A stretch of 50,055 nt of DNA. Source: Octopus bimaculoides (taxonomy: Eukaryota). Location: positions 1,949,509-1,999,563 of the forward strand of contig NC_068986.1 of NCBI RefSeq assembly GCF_001194135.2, written 5' to 3'. This document shows positions 25,430 through 37,889 of this stretch, in pieces. Within the stretch, counting starts at the first letter, position 1. Each line of letters begins with the position of its first letter. The position numbers were made by a program, and so were the translations under genes. The notes under the pieces were generated by a model that searched no databases, was not told the DNA's origin, and saw only the letters and a list, made by a program, of their open reading frames with translations.

Positions 25430-25953
25430 TTCTAGCAAAATGACGGAGGAACGAAACAGAAGAAGACATTGATGAGAAATATGACGGAGGAAAAAATGAA
25501 AGCAAATATGAAGTGTTGAAAGGAGTGTAAGAAAGAGAAAGAAGAGGAGAGAAAAGAAGAGATGGTTATTGAACGAGTGAAAGAAAGAGGAAGATGATGA
25601 AATTAGGTGAAGAGAAAGGTCAAAGGTGAAGAAAAAACGGGGAAATGAGGGGGATACAAAATGGAGGTGGATGAATAGAATGAAATCATTGGGAGTTAAA
25701 TGAAAGACGAAAAGATAAAGTAAGGAAAGAAAGAGAAAGAGAGAGAGAGAGAAAGAGGAGGGGAAGAAGAAGAAGAGCGAGAGAGGATGAAAGGAGGTGG
25801 CGAAAGAGAGAAAGAGGAGGAGATAGAGAACGAAGTAGAGTGAATAAGAGAAGTAACTTCATAAAAGAAATATTACTCAAGAAGATAGAAAATAAGAGAA
25901 AGCGAGATGGAGGGAGGGAGGGTGAGAGTGAGTGAGTGAATAACGTCGAGTTG

Positions 25954-26039
<86 letters not shown>

Positions 26040-26110
26040 AGGGTAGAAAGTGAGAGAAAAGGGGGTGATGAAGGAAATGGAGGGAGAAAAGAAGAGACAG
26101 TTTGAATTAA
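25430..26110. repeat. Purine-rich low-complexity tract including (GA)n
   Basis: Direct reading; source of the SLSL ORF 25686-26387. Confidence 0.9.
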
Positions 26111-26142
26111 GAAGCAGAGTAATAGATTTGGTCGGTAAATAT

Positions 26143-26568
26143 GACGGCGAGCGGGCAGAAACGTTAGTAGGCCGGGCGAAATGCTTAGCGCTGTTTCGTC
26201 CGTCTTTACGTTCTGAGTTCAAATTCCGCCGAGGTCGACTTTGCCTTTCATCCTTTCGGGGTCGATTAAATAAGTTCCAGTTACGCACTGGGGTCGATAT
26301 AATCGACTTAATCCCTTTGTCTAGCCTTGTTTGTCCCCTCTGTGTGTAGCCCCTTGTGGGCAATAAAGAAATAAGAAACGTTAGCACGCCGGGCGAAGTG
26401 CTTAGCGGTGTTTCGACTGTCTTTACGTTCTGAGTTCAAATTCCACCGAGGTCGACTTTGCCTTTCATCCTTTCGCGATCGATAAATTAAGTACTAGCCG
26501 CGTACTGGGTTGATCTATACTGGACCCCTCCAACCAAATTTAAGGCCTTGTGCCTAGAGTAGAAAAGA
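26143..26568 (+). mobile_element. Two tandem family A SINE units (26143-26330, 26376-26568)
   Basis: Both contain GAAACGTTAG..GTTCTGAGTTCAAATTCC.CCGAGGTCGACTTTGCCTTTCATCC; the second lacks its first ~15 nt. Confidence 0.9.
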
Positions 26569-26859
26569 TCTGCTAGGTAAATTAGCTGTGAAAAACGATG
26601 TAAGATAGAAATGAAAAGAGTTAAGTTAATGATGAAATGAGATGAATTTCAAGGTACAGGTAAAAAAAAAAAAAAAAAAAAAAAATCCCAAACCCCCACT
26701 AAAATTCCTGTTTTAGGGACACGATTTTCCTTTGCATTTTGTTATACTACATTAATTATCAGAAACTTGTTGCTTACTTCCAGTTCCTTAATATGACGGG
26801 AATTATCGATCAATATTTCCTTTAGATAAGACGCTGGTCTACACTGTTAATATCTTTCG

Positions 26860-27435
26860 CACTGTATGTCTCCAACAATGTGGTCTTGGGTTCAGTCCCA
26901 CTGCACGACACCTTGGGCAAGTGTCTTCCACTATCGTCCGGGCCGACCAAAGTCGCGTGAGTGGATTTCGTAGGCAGAAACTGAAACCAGCCCATCGTGT
27001 GTGCGTGTGCGTGTGCGTGTGTGTGTGCGTGTGCGTGTATAAACGTATTTATGTATGTGTGTATGCATGCATGCAAGAATATGTGTGAGAGTGTGACTGT
27101 GAGTTTGTCTTTGTATTTGTACTACATCATCGCTTGACAACCGACTTTGGTTTGTTTGCGTCCCCGTAACTTAGCGCTGAATGGATTTCGCATATATGCA
27201 TATATGTATGTATATGTATGTGTGTGACTGTAGCTTTTTCTTTGCGTTTGTCCCCCACCACTGCTTGGCAACCAGTTTTGGTTTGTATACGTCCTCGTCG
27301 CGTAGAAAGAGACGGGTGGTACAAGTACCAGGCTTATATAAGTAAATAAATACTGAGTTCGATTTGCTCGACTAAACCCTTCAAGGCTATACACCAACTT
27401 AACCGCGGTCCAAAAACTGAAACAAGTAAAAAATA
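26860..27435 (+). mobile_element. SINE family B, plus strand, expanded internal microsatellite
   Basis: GGGTTCAGTCCCACTGC..GGGCAAGTGTCTT..GGGCCGACCAAAG head, CATCGCTTGACAACCGA..CCCCGTAACTTAGCG body, AGTAAAAAATAAAAGATAAAAGA tail. Confidence 0.8.
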
Positions 27436-27891
27436 AAAGATAAAAGAAACCAATCCTACTACGAGGTAAGCTAAGGTACGTAGGATCAGATTTCTTGATC
27501 AAAAATACATGGAAATGCATGAATTGAGGTCTGAGCTCGTAATCTATGAACTATTAAGATTTTTTTGTATAAATCTGTCAGGACGTCTCTGCATCATCAT
27601 AAATACGTCTGTGAAAAGAATACTTTTAACTGCAGTATAGTAGTACAGCTTACCGACTCCTGTTACTTGGCTCCATGTAATTTTATACAGCTCTGTCTCT
27701 GTAGATGTAACTTTATCTCATGTGTGTGTGTATGTATGTGTGTATGTGTGTATGTGTGTATGTGTGCATGTATATGTATGTATGTCTTCCTGCTTGCATG
27801 CATGTATGCATGCATGTGTGCTTGTATGTATGTATGTATATGGATACACACACACGCACACACACATATGTATATGTGTATGTATATATGC

Positions 27892-27969
<78 letters not shown>

Positions 27970-28771
27970 ATATGTATGTATATACATACATATATGTGCA
28001 GACGCGCACATGCGCACACTCACACAGATATGTCAAGAAGGCGGCAAGTTGATCGTCTTAGATATGGTTGATAGCTTTCCTACACGCGACAACAGCTGTT
28101 CTACTTAACTCTTCTATATAGCAATGTACGGAGTGGTTTTATCGCCGTGCACATCTAAGACAATAGGTAATGCGTGGCTGACGCCACTTCTGTGCCTGTT
28201 TATCGCGTTTATCTTCAATCGACAGTGCAGTTAGTACTATTGACAGGCCATTGGTACTACTGACAGGCTAGAAGTTTCTTGTAATTGCCAATAGGCTCTG
28301 AGCGGAAAATCCATTTGAGACAAGCTGTTTTGTTGATCTCTGACGATGTCCAGAGTTACCCTGAAAATATCATCGCATTCTCTATAGACTGCAGGACTGA
28401 TATATCACAGACCGCAAAGTCCGACTCATAGAAAACTGTTAGCGCTTGATAACATTTCCGGGCGTCGTTGAACTCATACGCTGATTTCAAAAACAGTAAA
28501 AGCAGAGTCGTTGAGCTGGTCCGTCCACGTCGTCTCCGTGGATGTGATCGTGCCTGCTGTTGCCCGTCTCACGTCTGCTGCCAACAGCGCCCTGCGTATG
28601 TGGTTGATACCGCATCGTGGAGCAACTGGAAGCTGCCAGAAAGCAGCGGGTGGAACAACTACGCTCTACGTTGATTATGTTAATCAACCTTCTCACTGGT
28701 CAAAAAGGATAAACATCCATTAATGTTATATCGCATGAAGAAATGAATCCATGAAGATAATCTACCCCAGC

Positions 28772-29068
28772 CAGCGGTCGGCGAACCGGAGTAAATTACC
28801 CCAAGTGGCGGTAAAATGAAATTCTTGTGTGTAATGAGGTCTCATCAGACATAAATAACATTACATAAAAATCGTGTCCCGTGTTACGACATAAAATTTT
28901 CATCTGGCATCACTGTATCTGTCCAATTGTAATGGACGTGTAAATAGATTCCATAAACTTTTTGAATTCAAAGAATCTATAATTTTCTTCCTTTCAAATC
29001 AAGGAGGTAATGTCGGCGCTCATAAATATATTTTGGAGTGATTGGTTAAAAAATTTCCCCGGCCCATC
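28772..29068. mobile_element. Possible hAT-type MITE
   Basis: Starts CAGCGGTCGGCGAACC (hAT-like end) and ends TTTCCCCGGCCCATC; weak TIR match, no TSD seen. Confidence 0.3.
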
Positions 29069-29547
29069 ATCTACCCGATGCCCACGGATACTACAGACTA
29101 CACTGTAATCAACCCAGGAATACAGACTGTTTATCTTAAGAGACGTGTGACTTGTGGATATGCGCGTAGCGATGCATTAAAACAATTATAAATTCCATCC
29201 AACGGTTATTGTTATTATTACTATATATATACTTTTCTCGCTGGATTGCGTGTCCGTTTCTTTTTTGCATCTGTTATTTTATTTTTGATCTTCTATATAA
29301 ATGAAGACATTTCCTTCGCTTTGCTGCTTTTCTTTCGACAAAATGAGCAGATACATTGCGGGACTGTAATTTTAACGAGTTATATCTATTTATCATCCGA
29401 TGAAACACATCTGCACCGTCGGGTGCCCCTGAACCAGTTGTTAAGTGCCCCACCCGGAGAGGGATCGATGTTAGATGTGTCGAAATAATTGTTGTGATTA
29501 ATGATAAAACTCCTCGTATATTCCATCTTCCGTCTTTCATTTTCCAT

Positions 29548-29606
29548 ATGGAGTCGGACGCAGCTGTTATTCAAATCATTTGAATAACAGCTGCGTTTGA
29601 CTCCAT
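29548..29606 (+). other. 59-nt near-perfect palindrome/hairpin
   Basis: ATGGAGTCGGACGCAGCTGTTATTCAAAT-C-ATTTGAATAACAGCTGCGTTTGACTCCAT: 29-bp arms with two adjacent G.T mismatches. Confidence 0.95.
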
Positions 29607-29775
29607 TTCTTAATTTTTCTATGTCAAACAAAAACATTTCATTTAACCCTGGAATTTCTACCTTTATAAGTAGGCTGTAGTATCCTTGGCCCTTGTGTGA
29701 ATTTTTGCTACCCTGGTAACTATTTATTTATTTTTTCCGTGTTATTTGTACACATTGAAAAAATTCAGATACATT

Positions 29776-29809
<34 letters not shown>

Positions 29810-29856
29810 TGTATGTATCTATCTATCTATCTATTTATCAATATATATCTATTTAT

Positions 29857-29904
<48 letters not shown>

Positions 29905-29947
29905 ATATATATATATATATATATGTGTGTGTATATATATGTGTGTG

Positions 29948-29991
<44 letters not shown>

Positions 29992-30692
29992 AATGCATAT
30001 TTTGCGACTGGCTGCGATCTTTGAAGCTGTGTTTTTTTTAATATAAAACCATACTAAAACTTAGCTATGCACACATTCAAAACATATGAACATATATCCA
30101 TGCATACGCGCGCGCGTGTTAACGTGTGTGCGTGCGCACATGCATGCATGTGCGCACGTTTTTGTATACATATTTATACATTTAAGTATGTTTGTGCATA
30201 CTTGTTTCTATATTCATTGTTTATACGCATTTATGCATGTTGGATGCATGCCTGCGTGCGTTTGTTGAATGCATGTGTGAACTGCATATGTACTACATGT
30301 AAATACATTACGCCTGTCTGTATGCATGGTTGTGTGTGTGTGTGCATGCTGGTGCATTCATACTTGTGTATTTGGGTAAGTTTGCATACACACACTCGCA
30401 TTTATAGACATACGTATATACCTCCACACATATGTATATACATATGTGTATATACGTTATGAAACGTATTTGAAAAGTCTGAAACCTAGGTATTGCATTA
30501 TCCTTAATCTGGGTTGTTCATTTTCGGATGTTCTTCCTAAGGTAAGACAAGTTTTTCATGTTTTGTTGCACACACGCATTTTTGCCAGTATATACGCAGT
30601 GAAGCTATACAATAGCGTCGTTTTTATATCGATTGCTATTCTCCAGCAAATATCGGTACCTTGTTGTACCATTCTTATGAATTTATATGTAT

Positions 30693-30744
<52 letters not shown>

Positions 30745-31099
30745 NNNNNNNNNNNNNNNNNNNNNNNNNNNNNNNNNNNNNNNNNNNNNNNNNNNNNNNN
30801 NNNNNNNNNNNNNNNNNNNNNNNNNNNNNNNNNNNNNNNNNNNNNNNNNNNNNNNNNNNNNNNNNNNNNNNNNNNNNNNNNNNNNNNNNNNNNNNNNNNN
30901 NNNNNNNNNNNNNNNNNNNNNNNNNNNATATATATATATATGTATGTATGTGCATGTATACATATGCAGGCATACTAGTATGCGTATGCTTTTACGTATA
31001 CGCGCGCAGACACACATACATACACACGCACACATACATACACACACACACATACATACACACACACACACACATACACACACACACACACATATCTTT

Positions 31100-31628
<529 letters not shown>

Positions 31629-32030
31629 GCATATGTACATGTGCATATGCAAGTATACGTCTGCTGCACACTTCAGTCACTCAGTGTCTGCTGTCGGCGT
31701 GTGTATACGACATGCCTGCATTTTATACGTGTAAATATATTTAATATGACGAAGCAAACAATTCCATCGGCCGCATCCGAGGCCCACATTCACACGGTCT
31801 CTTAAAGTTTCTTCTTCCAGCACCTATAACAAGTAACAACTCATAGCTGGCGGCACCTTTCTGCCGCTGTTTACTCTCTCCTTATTCTCGCTCTCTAAGC
31901 TTCCTCCTCCTCCTCCCCCTCTTTCTCTCTTCTTCGCCTCACACGCCTTCTCCCACAATGCACACACTTCTCCGCCTTTAATAACTTCGCTTTTCTCCGC
32001 CTTATTCCATAAGCTTACTCTTTCGCCTAT

Positions 32031-32073
<43 letters not shown>

Positions 32074-32195
32074 TCCTCCACCTTAATCCTCTCAATCAAC
32101 CATTAAATATTTTTATTAGCATAATATACCTCTGCATTTCTTTTTATCTCCACCTTCGTTCCGCTTCTAGGCTTCTGAGCTCCACCTCCTCCTCC

Positions 32196-32256
<61 letters not shown>

Positions 32257-32327
32257 NNNNNNNNNNNNNNNNNNNNNNNNNNNNNNNNNNNNNNNNNNNN
32301 NNNNNNNNNNNNNNNNNNNNNNNNNNN

Positions 32328-32402
<75 letters not shown>

Positions 32403-33543
32403 TTATCAGTCTGTCTATGTTTTCCCTTATGTTACTGTTCAAAACAATAAAATTTAACTAATTTAACACTTAGAGGAGGAATAATAAACAACCCCCATAC
32501 ACACGTACATGCACCCCCCCACACACACACGCACTGTCGCCCCTTTCTCTCTTTCTCCCTCTCTACCAATCTCTCTCCCTCCATAACACACTCATACAAA
32601 CAACAGCAATAATAATAGTGGTCATCATCAGTGTCATCATCATCATTGTCACCACCACGACCACCACTACCATCATCATCATCACCGTTATTATCATCAT
32701 CGTCGTCGTCGTCGTCATCATCCCCACCATCATCTTAGCATCACCATAATTTCTTCATTCTGCTGCAAAAATGTGACAGATAGCGGAGACATTACAAATC
32801 GCAAATAAATAAATCGCAAATAGATAAATAGATAAATAACCTCTCCAAAAATTAAACCATGCCGCCACTAAAAAAACAAAAAAAATCATTAGATTCATAA
32901 TAATAATAATATGGAACGCGAACAAAAATAGAATAAAAAAAGTCAATGAAGTTATTGACATGAAGGGTGTTGAGAAGAAAAACAAAAGAACAAATAAAAA
33001 AAACAAAGAAAGATGGAAAAAAACCCAAACTGATGAGAGTTCTCAAATCGGACACTATGTAATACACACACACACACATACATACATATACATGTATATT
33101 ATTATATATATATATGTATATATATATGTATATATATATGTATATATATATATATATNNNNNNNNNNNNNNNNNNNNNNNNNNNNNNNNNNNNNNNNNNN
33201 NNNNNNNNNNNNNNNNNNNNNNNNNNNNNNNNNNNNNNNNNNNNNNNNNNNNNNNNNNNNNNNNNNNNNNNNNNNNNNNNNNNNNNNNNNNNNNNNNNNN
33301 NNNNNNNNNNNNNNNNNNNNNNNNNNNNNNNNNNNNNNNNNNNNNNNNNNNNNNNNNNNNNNNNNNNNNNNNNNNNNTATATATATATATATATATATAT
33401 ATATGCATGTATGTATGTATGTGTATATGTGTGTATGTGTGTATGTGTGTATTCGTGCATGTAACAAGGTTAATTGAAAATTCAGTTGAACACAGTGGAG
33501 CTATGTGTGTCTGCATCTACCATTGACTTCCTGGCAAGAGGGC

Positions 33544-33585
33544 GATTGGGACTTTGAAGCTGGCTTCCGGTTTGCTCTGACGTCA
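33544..33585. promoter_or_regulatory. Putative cis-regulatory motif cluster: CCAAT (reverse), ETS, full CRE
   Basis: GATTGG (33544-33549), CTTCCGG (33564-33570) and TGACGTCA (33578-33585) within 42 bp; motif match only. Confidence 0.2.
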
Positions 33586-33886
33586 TGCTGGTGAAGAGGT
33601 GTGGCACTCGGTGCTGGAGACAATTGCTGCTGTCACTGCTGCGTATCATTGCTGCTGTTGCCTCTGCTGGTGCTGCTGTTGCTGCTGACGATGATGATGA
33701 TGTTGTTGTTTAAATTGTTGGTGTTGCTATTTCGGTTGTTCTTGGTGTTGTTGCTATTACTACGATACCTGTGATGCACGGATTTCGAAAAGTTTACTTT
33801 TGCGTTCTCTTCTTCGTTTTCTCTCTTGTTCTTGAACGTCATCGCCTTCATCTTCATCCTTCCCCCTCCTCCTCCTCCTCCTCCTC

Positions 33887-33921
<35 letters not shown>

Positions 33922-34152
33922 GACAATAATAATTACTGTCATTGCATATGCAACCTTTTGTGCCCTTCAGCAATGAACGCCAGCCAGCAGAAGCGAGGAA
34001 ATGATTCGGCTTGGGGAGTAGAACTGTCATCGCCTGCAACTATAGACCTCCAAGTGGCTCCGTCGGTGTGCAGAAGTTCTCCTCTGTTGACGCAATACAA
34101 ACCTCAGCTACTACCCCCGCCATCACCTCAACACCACCACCACCACCACCAG

Positions 34153-34184
<32 letters not shown>

Positions 34185-34428
34185 TTACTACTACTACTAA
34201 CAACAGCAACAACAACAACAACATCTTCAACACATCAAACAGCATCACCAACACCACTATTACCACCATCATAACCATCGCTGCCAACAACACTACCGCT
34301 ACTACTACCACCATCACTCACCATCATCATCACCACTGTCGTAACCACCTCTGCCACAACAAACACCATCACCAACATCATCACAAACATCACCACTACC
34401 ACCTTCTGGTACAGTCACAAACACGTCA

Positions 34429-34468
<40 letters not shown>

Positions 34469-35058
34469 NNNNNNNNNNNNNNNNNNNNNNNNNNNNNNNN
34501 NNNNNNNNNNNNNNNNNNNNNNNNNNNNNNNNNNNNNNNNNNNNNNNNNNNNNNNNNNNNNNNNNNNNNNNNNNNNNNNNNNNNNNNNNNNNNNNNNNNN
34601 NNNNNNNNNNNNNNNNNNNNNNNNNNNNNNNNNNNNNNNNNNNNNNNNNNNNNNNNNNNNNNNNNNNNNNNNNNNNNNNNNNNNNNNNNNNNNNNNNNNN
34701 NNNNNNNNNNNNNNNNNNNNNNNNNNNNNNNNNNNNNNNNNNNNNNNNNNNNNTATTACTTATAGCTTTCTGTCTCCTACTCAATGTATTTTCCCTGTTT
34801 CTTGGAATTTCTTTTTATGATAAAAGATAGTGCCTTGACCCTTTCCAGGGTCTCTGAGAGTGGTGAGAAGGGAAGAAGTTATCCATAGAATGGAAACCTG
34901 ACTCGAATATTGGCGACAAAGGAGAATCCTTTAAAGACACTCCATGATCAGATGGAGTCTTTCAAAAGATTTCTGCACATTTACATGCAACAGGCTCCAA
35001 AATTTCATTATTTCACGCGCGCGCGCACGCACACACACACACACACACACAAGCACAC

Positions 35059-35090
<32 letters not shown>

Positions 35091-35377
35091 CTATACGTAT
35101 CCACTTTCTGATTCTGAGTTAAATGACCTAAGTTTTTTTTTAATGTGAGAAGTCGACGTGCCTCCGGGAGCGTATTTCTCTTTCAAAGCTCCAATCATTT
35201 CCATTTCTTTGCTAACGGTGGTGGTTTATTGTAGTAAAATATTTTAAGGAAAAGGAAGTACGGAGTGCATTGCGCTCTTTCCGAAAGGTCATAAAGATAT
35301 AAATAAGACGAAATGGATTTTAATGTGGGATTGAAACCGCATCGCATTAGCAGTTTCCCCGAAAACTCACCTCTTAC

Positions 35378-35416
35378 TCTACGGCGTTCGCCATTTCTGT
35401 CTTCATGTTATCCATT
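35378..35416 (-). other. Candidate 39-bp frame-preserving micro-exon (xMDNMKTEMANAV-)
   Basis: Minus-strand TTTCAG acceptor, AGA|GTAAGA donor and a second GAG|GTGAGT donor 7 nt downstream, inside a non-repetitive island. Confidence 0.25.
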
Positions 35417-35971
35417 CTGAAACGGTGATTTACCAAATTGCTCCTAATTAATGTCAATTGATAGAAAAGCCAGCGGCTTTTATGAAAACAATGACGCAAA
35501 TTGATACGGGAAAAGCAACACTTAAAAGTTAAAGTGTGTTATTTAAACATGTTTAAGCATTTGCTATGAAAAGAATTCATCTAATAGTTGTATCTGTCTG
35601 ACGCACGCACGCGCCATTTGCGAATACCAAAGCGTAACATTTTGAAATATGGCTGCAAAAATATCATTATTTAGAATTTCAAATTATTCTGTAAGCGATC
35701 AGTTAGAGATAACACTATTATAGTTATGCGAAAAGAAGATAAATTTAGATTTGTAAAATCGATAATCAGTTGATGTAAAGATTTATTAAACTGAATTGTT
35801 TCAGTTCAGTTCAGATACTACTTGTAAGATTTCATTAGCATATTGGTACACAAATACACTTAAATAGAAACACGTAATCCATCCATCCAACTATCCATCC
35901 ATCCATGCATCTCTCTCTCTCTCTCTGTTTCTCTCTGTCTCTCTCTGTCTCTGTCTGTCTGTCTGTCTGTC

Positions 35972-36046
<75 letters not shown>

Positions 36047-36139
36047 CCACGCATATGTGCATCCATTCATCCATCTATCCATCCCTCCATCAATCCATCA
36101 ATCCATCAATCCAGCCATCCATACATCCATACATCCATC

Positions 36140-37135
36140 CATCTATACATGATGGCCGTCCACTCGTGACCGAGGAAGACCACTGCCGACCTTCAGGAAC
36201 ATTGTTCGCTCTAGCACTAACTTATATTTTGCATTTGCGGCTCCGTTGGTGGCTAATGAGCCCTGCTCTTGATAAGCATACACAACTGCAAACATTGCAG
36301 ACCAAGCTTTCCACATTCACTATACGAGCCGTGCACTTTCGCGCAGCTCGCTTAAGTTCTTCATGCTGGATACGTGCTCTCTCAAAAGTGTCGATCCCCT
36401 CTTTAACCTGCTTCCTCCATCCGTGGCGATGACAGGCATTGTTCTCCCAGTCAGTGTCCTGCATATCACAGACCTTGAATGAGGACTTGACGCAGTCCTT
36501 AAATCGGAGCCTTGGTTTCTGCCGGAGTCTCCTTCCATTCACAAGTTCTCCATATAGCATCTGCTTAGGAATCCTGCTATCCTTCATTCTAATAAGGTGT
36601 CCAGTCCAACGTAACCGGTGCTTGTGCACCATCGCCTCAATACTCAAGATATCAGCTGTCCTCAGGACCTGTGTGTCTGGAATTTTTGAGGTCCAGCCAT
36701 CATTGAGAATACGTCTGAGATCTCTCTGATGAAAGCGTTCAAGGACCCTTACCTGACGTTTGTACAGAGTCCCTGTCTCACATGAGTAGAGGAGCGATGT
36801 CAGTACACATGCACGGTACACAGCAACTTTTGTTTGCCTTGCTATGCCATGCTGGGACCAGACACGAGACAGAAGAGACCGGAATGAATTAGTTGCTCTC
36901 TGCAACCTGGAAGATATTTCCTCATCCAGGGAGCAAGAATGGCTGAGTGTGCTGCCTAGGTAGACAAACTTGTCTACTACCATCAGAATTATTCCTTCAA
37001 CCAAGATAGCTGGTTTCACATATGGATTTCCTAGTGCAGGCTGAAACATTACAACAGTCTTGTCCAGGCTAATGCTAACTCCAAATGCCTTGCAAGAAGC
37101 AGAAATGCAATTCATGTCAGATCACGTATGAGGCT
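36140..37135 (-). mobile_element. 5'-truncated RTE-clade LINE with (GATG)n-type tail
   Basis: Contains the ORF2 C-terminal fragment, a short 3' UTR, and runs into a (TCCA)n array at ~36050-36150. Confidence 0.95.
36222..37115 (-). CDS. RTE LINE ORF2 C-terminal fragment (end of RT, thumb, CCHH zinc finger); non-autonomous relic
   Basis: 297 aa with F GVSISLDKT, VDKFVYLGS, KVAVYRACVLTSLLYSCET, HRLRWTGHLIRM, PKQMLYGEL..G.R...PRLRFKD, CNVC..SRAGLISHQR; in-frame stop just upstream. Confidence 0.9.
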   Translation of the reverse strand: MNCISASCKAFGVSISLDKTVVMFQPALGNPYVKPAILVEGIILMVVDKFVYLGSTLSHSCSLDEEISSRLQRATNSFRSLLSRVWSQHGIARQTKVAVYRACVLTSLLYSCETGTLYKRQVRVLERFHQRDLRRILNDGWTSKIPDTQVLRTADILSIEAMVHKHRLRWTGHLIRMKDSRIPKQMLYGELVNGRRLRQKPRLRFKDCVKSSFKVCDMQDTDWENNACHRHGWRKQVKEGIDTFERARIQHEELKRAARKCTARIVNVESLVCNVCSCVCLSRAGLISHQRSRKCKI

Positions 37136-37383
37136 CTCGTAAGTGCTACTGGTAACATGTAATCCAGTACAACCTGTTGCATGGTCGGGTTGCCGGCGAC
37201 TAAACTGGCACACCCACCAAACTGGCACACTTATATTGGCACCAGACATCTTGCTCCGGCTTGTCTCTGGATAATGTCAATAAAGTGGAGAGGGTCTATG
37301 AGGTGTTGTGCAAGCCTCAGTGGACCTAAAACTCAGCACAGTCATTGCCGACCTCTGCTCGACATGTGGGGTTTTTTTTTCAT

Positions 37384-37794
37384 CAGCAGATGACAACAAT
37401 ACCAGCAGATGACAACAATACCAGCAGATGACAACGTTTCCCTAAAAGAAATGGAGAACTTTCAAAATACAAAGACCTGGAAATAGAGGTAACTCGAATG
37501 TAGAATCTGAAAAACAGAAACAATTCCTATCATAGTAGGCGCATTAAATATAATAAAAAAAATATTCAGACAAATACATAACAAAAACACCAGGACTTAC
37601 AAATATATATAACATACAGAAAATTGCACTACAGAGCACTGCACACATCCTACGCAAACACTTTCAATACAATAACCATAAGAGCATCACAGCAAACCAC
37701 ATCACATACCCAAGGCACACAGAGCTGCGCTCGGTAGTGAAGTGAAAGCACGCTATAAAAATAAACCTACTGAATAATAATAATAATGATGATG

Positions 37795-37858
<64 letters not shown>

Positions 37859-37880
37859 CAATAATAATAATAATGACGGA
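37384..37880 (+). mobile_element. R4/Dong-clade LINE 3' end with (AAT)n tail
   Basis: PADDNVSLKEM..KYKDLEIEVTRM*NLK.ETIPIIVGAL..YSDKYITKTPGLTNIYNIQKIAL.STAHILRK, then a UTR and TGAATAATAAT. Confidence 0.9.
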
Positions 37881-37889
37881 CTCTCTCGT

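Noticed and set aside
27654-27698. 45-bp minus-strand micro-exon ([14 protein letters not shown]) with GTAAGC donor
   Set aside because: The acceptor lacks a pyrimidine tract; consistent with a chance match.
31700-31823. Minus-strand exon candidate [18 protein letters not shown] after TTGTTATAG
   Set aside because: No convincing donor and no recognised homology; kept only as a low-priority RNA-seq check.
37384-37435. CRISPR-like array
   Set aside because: Eukaryotic DNA; 14-bp repeats with an identical 5-bp spacer derived from a LINE ORF.
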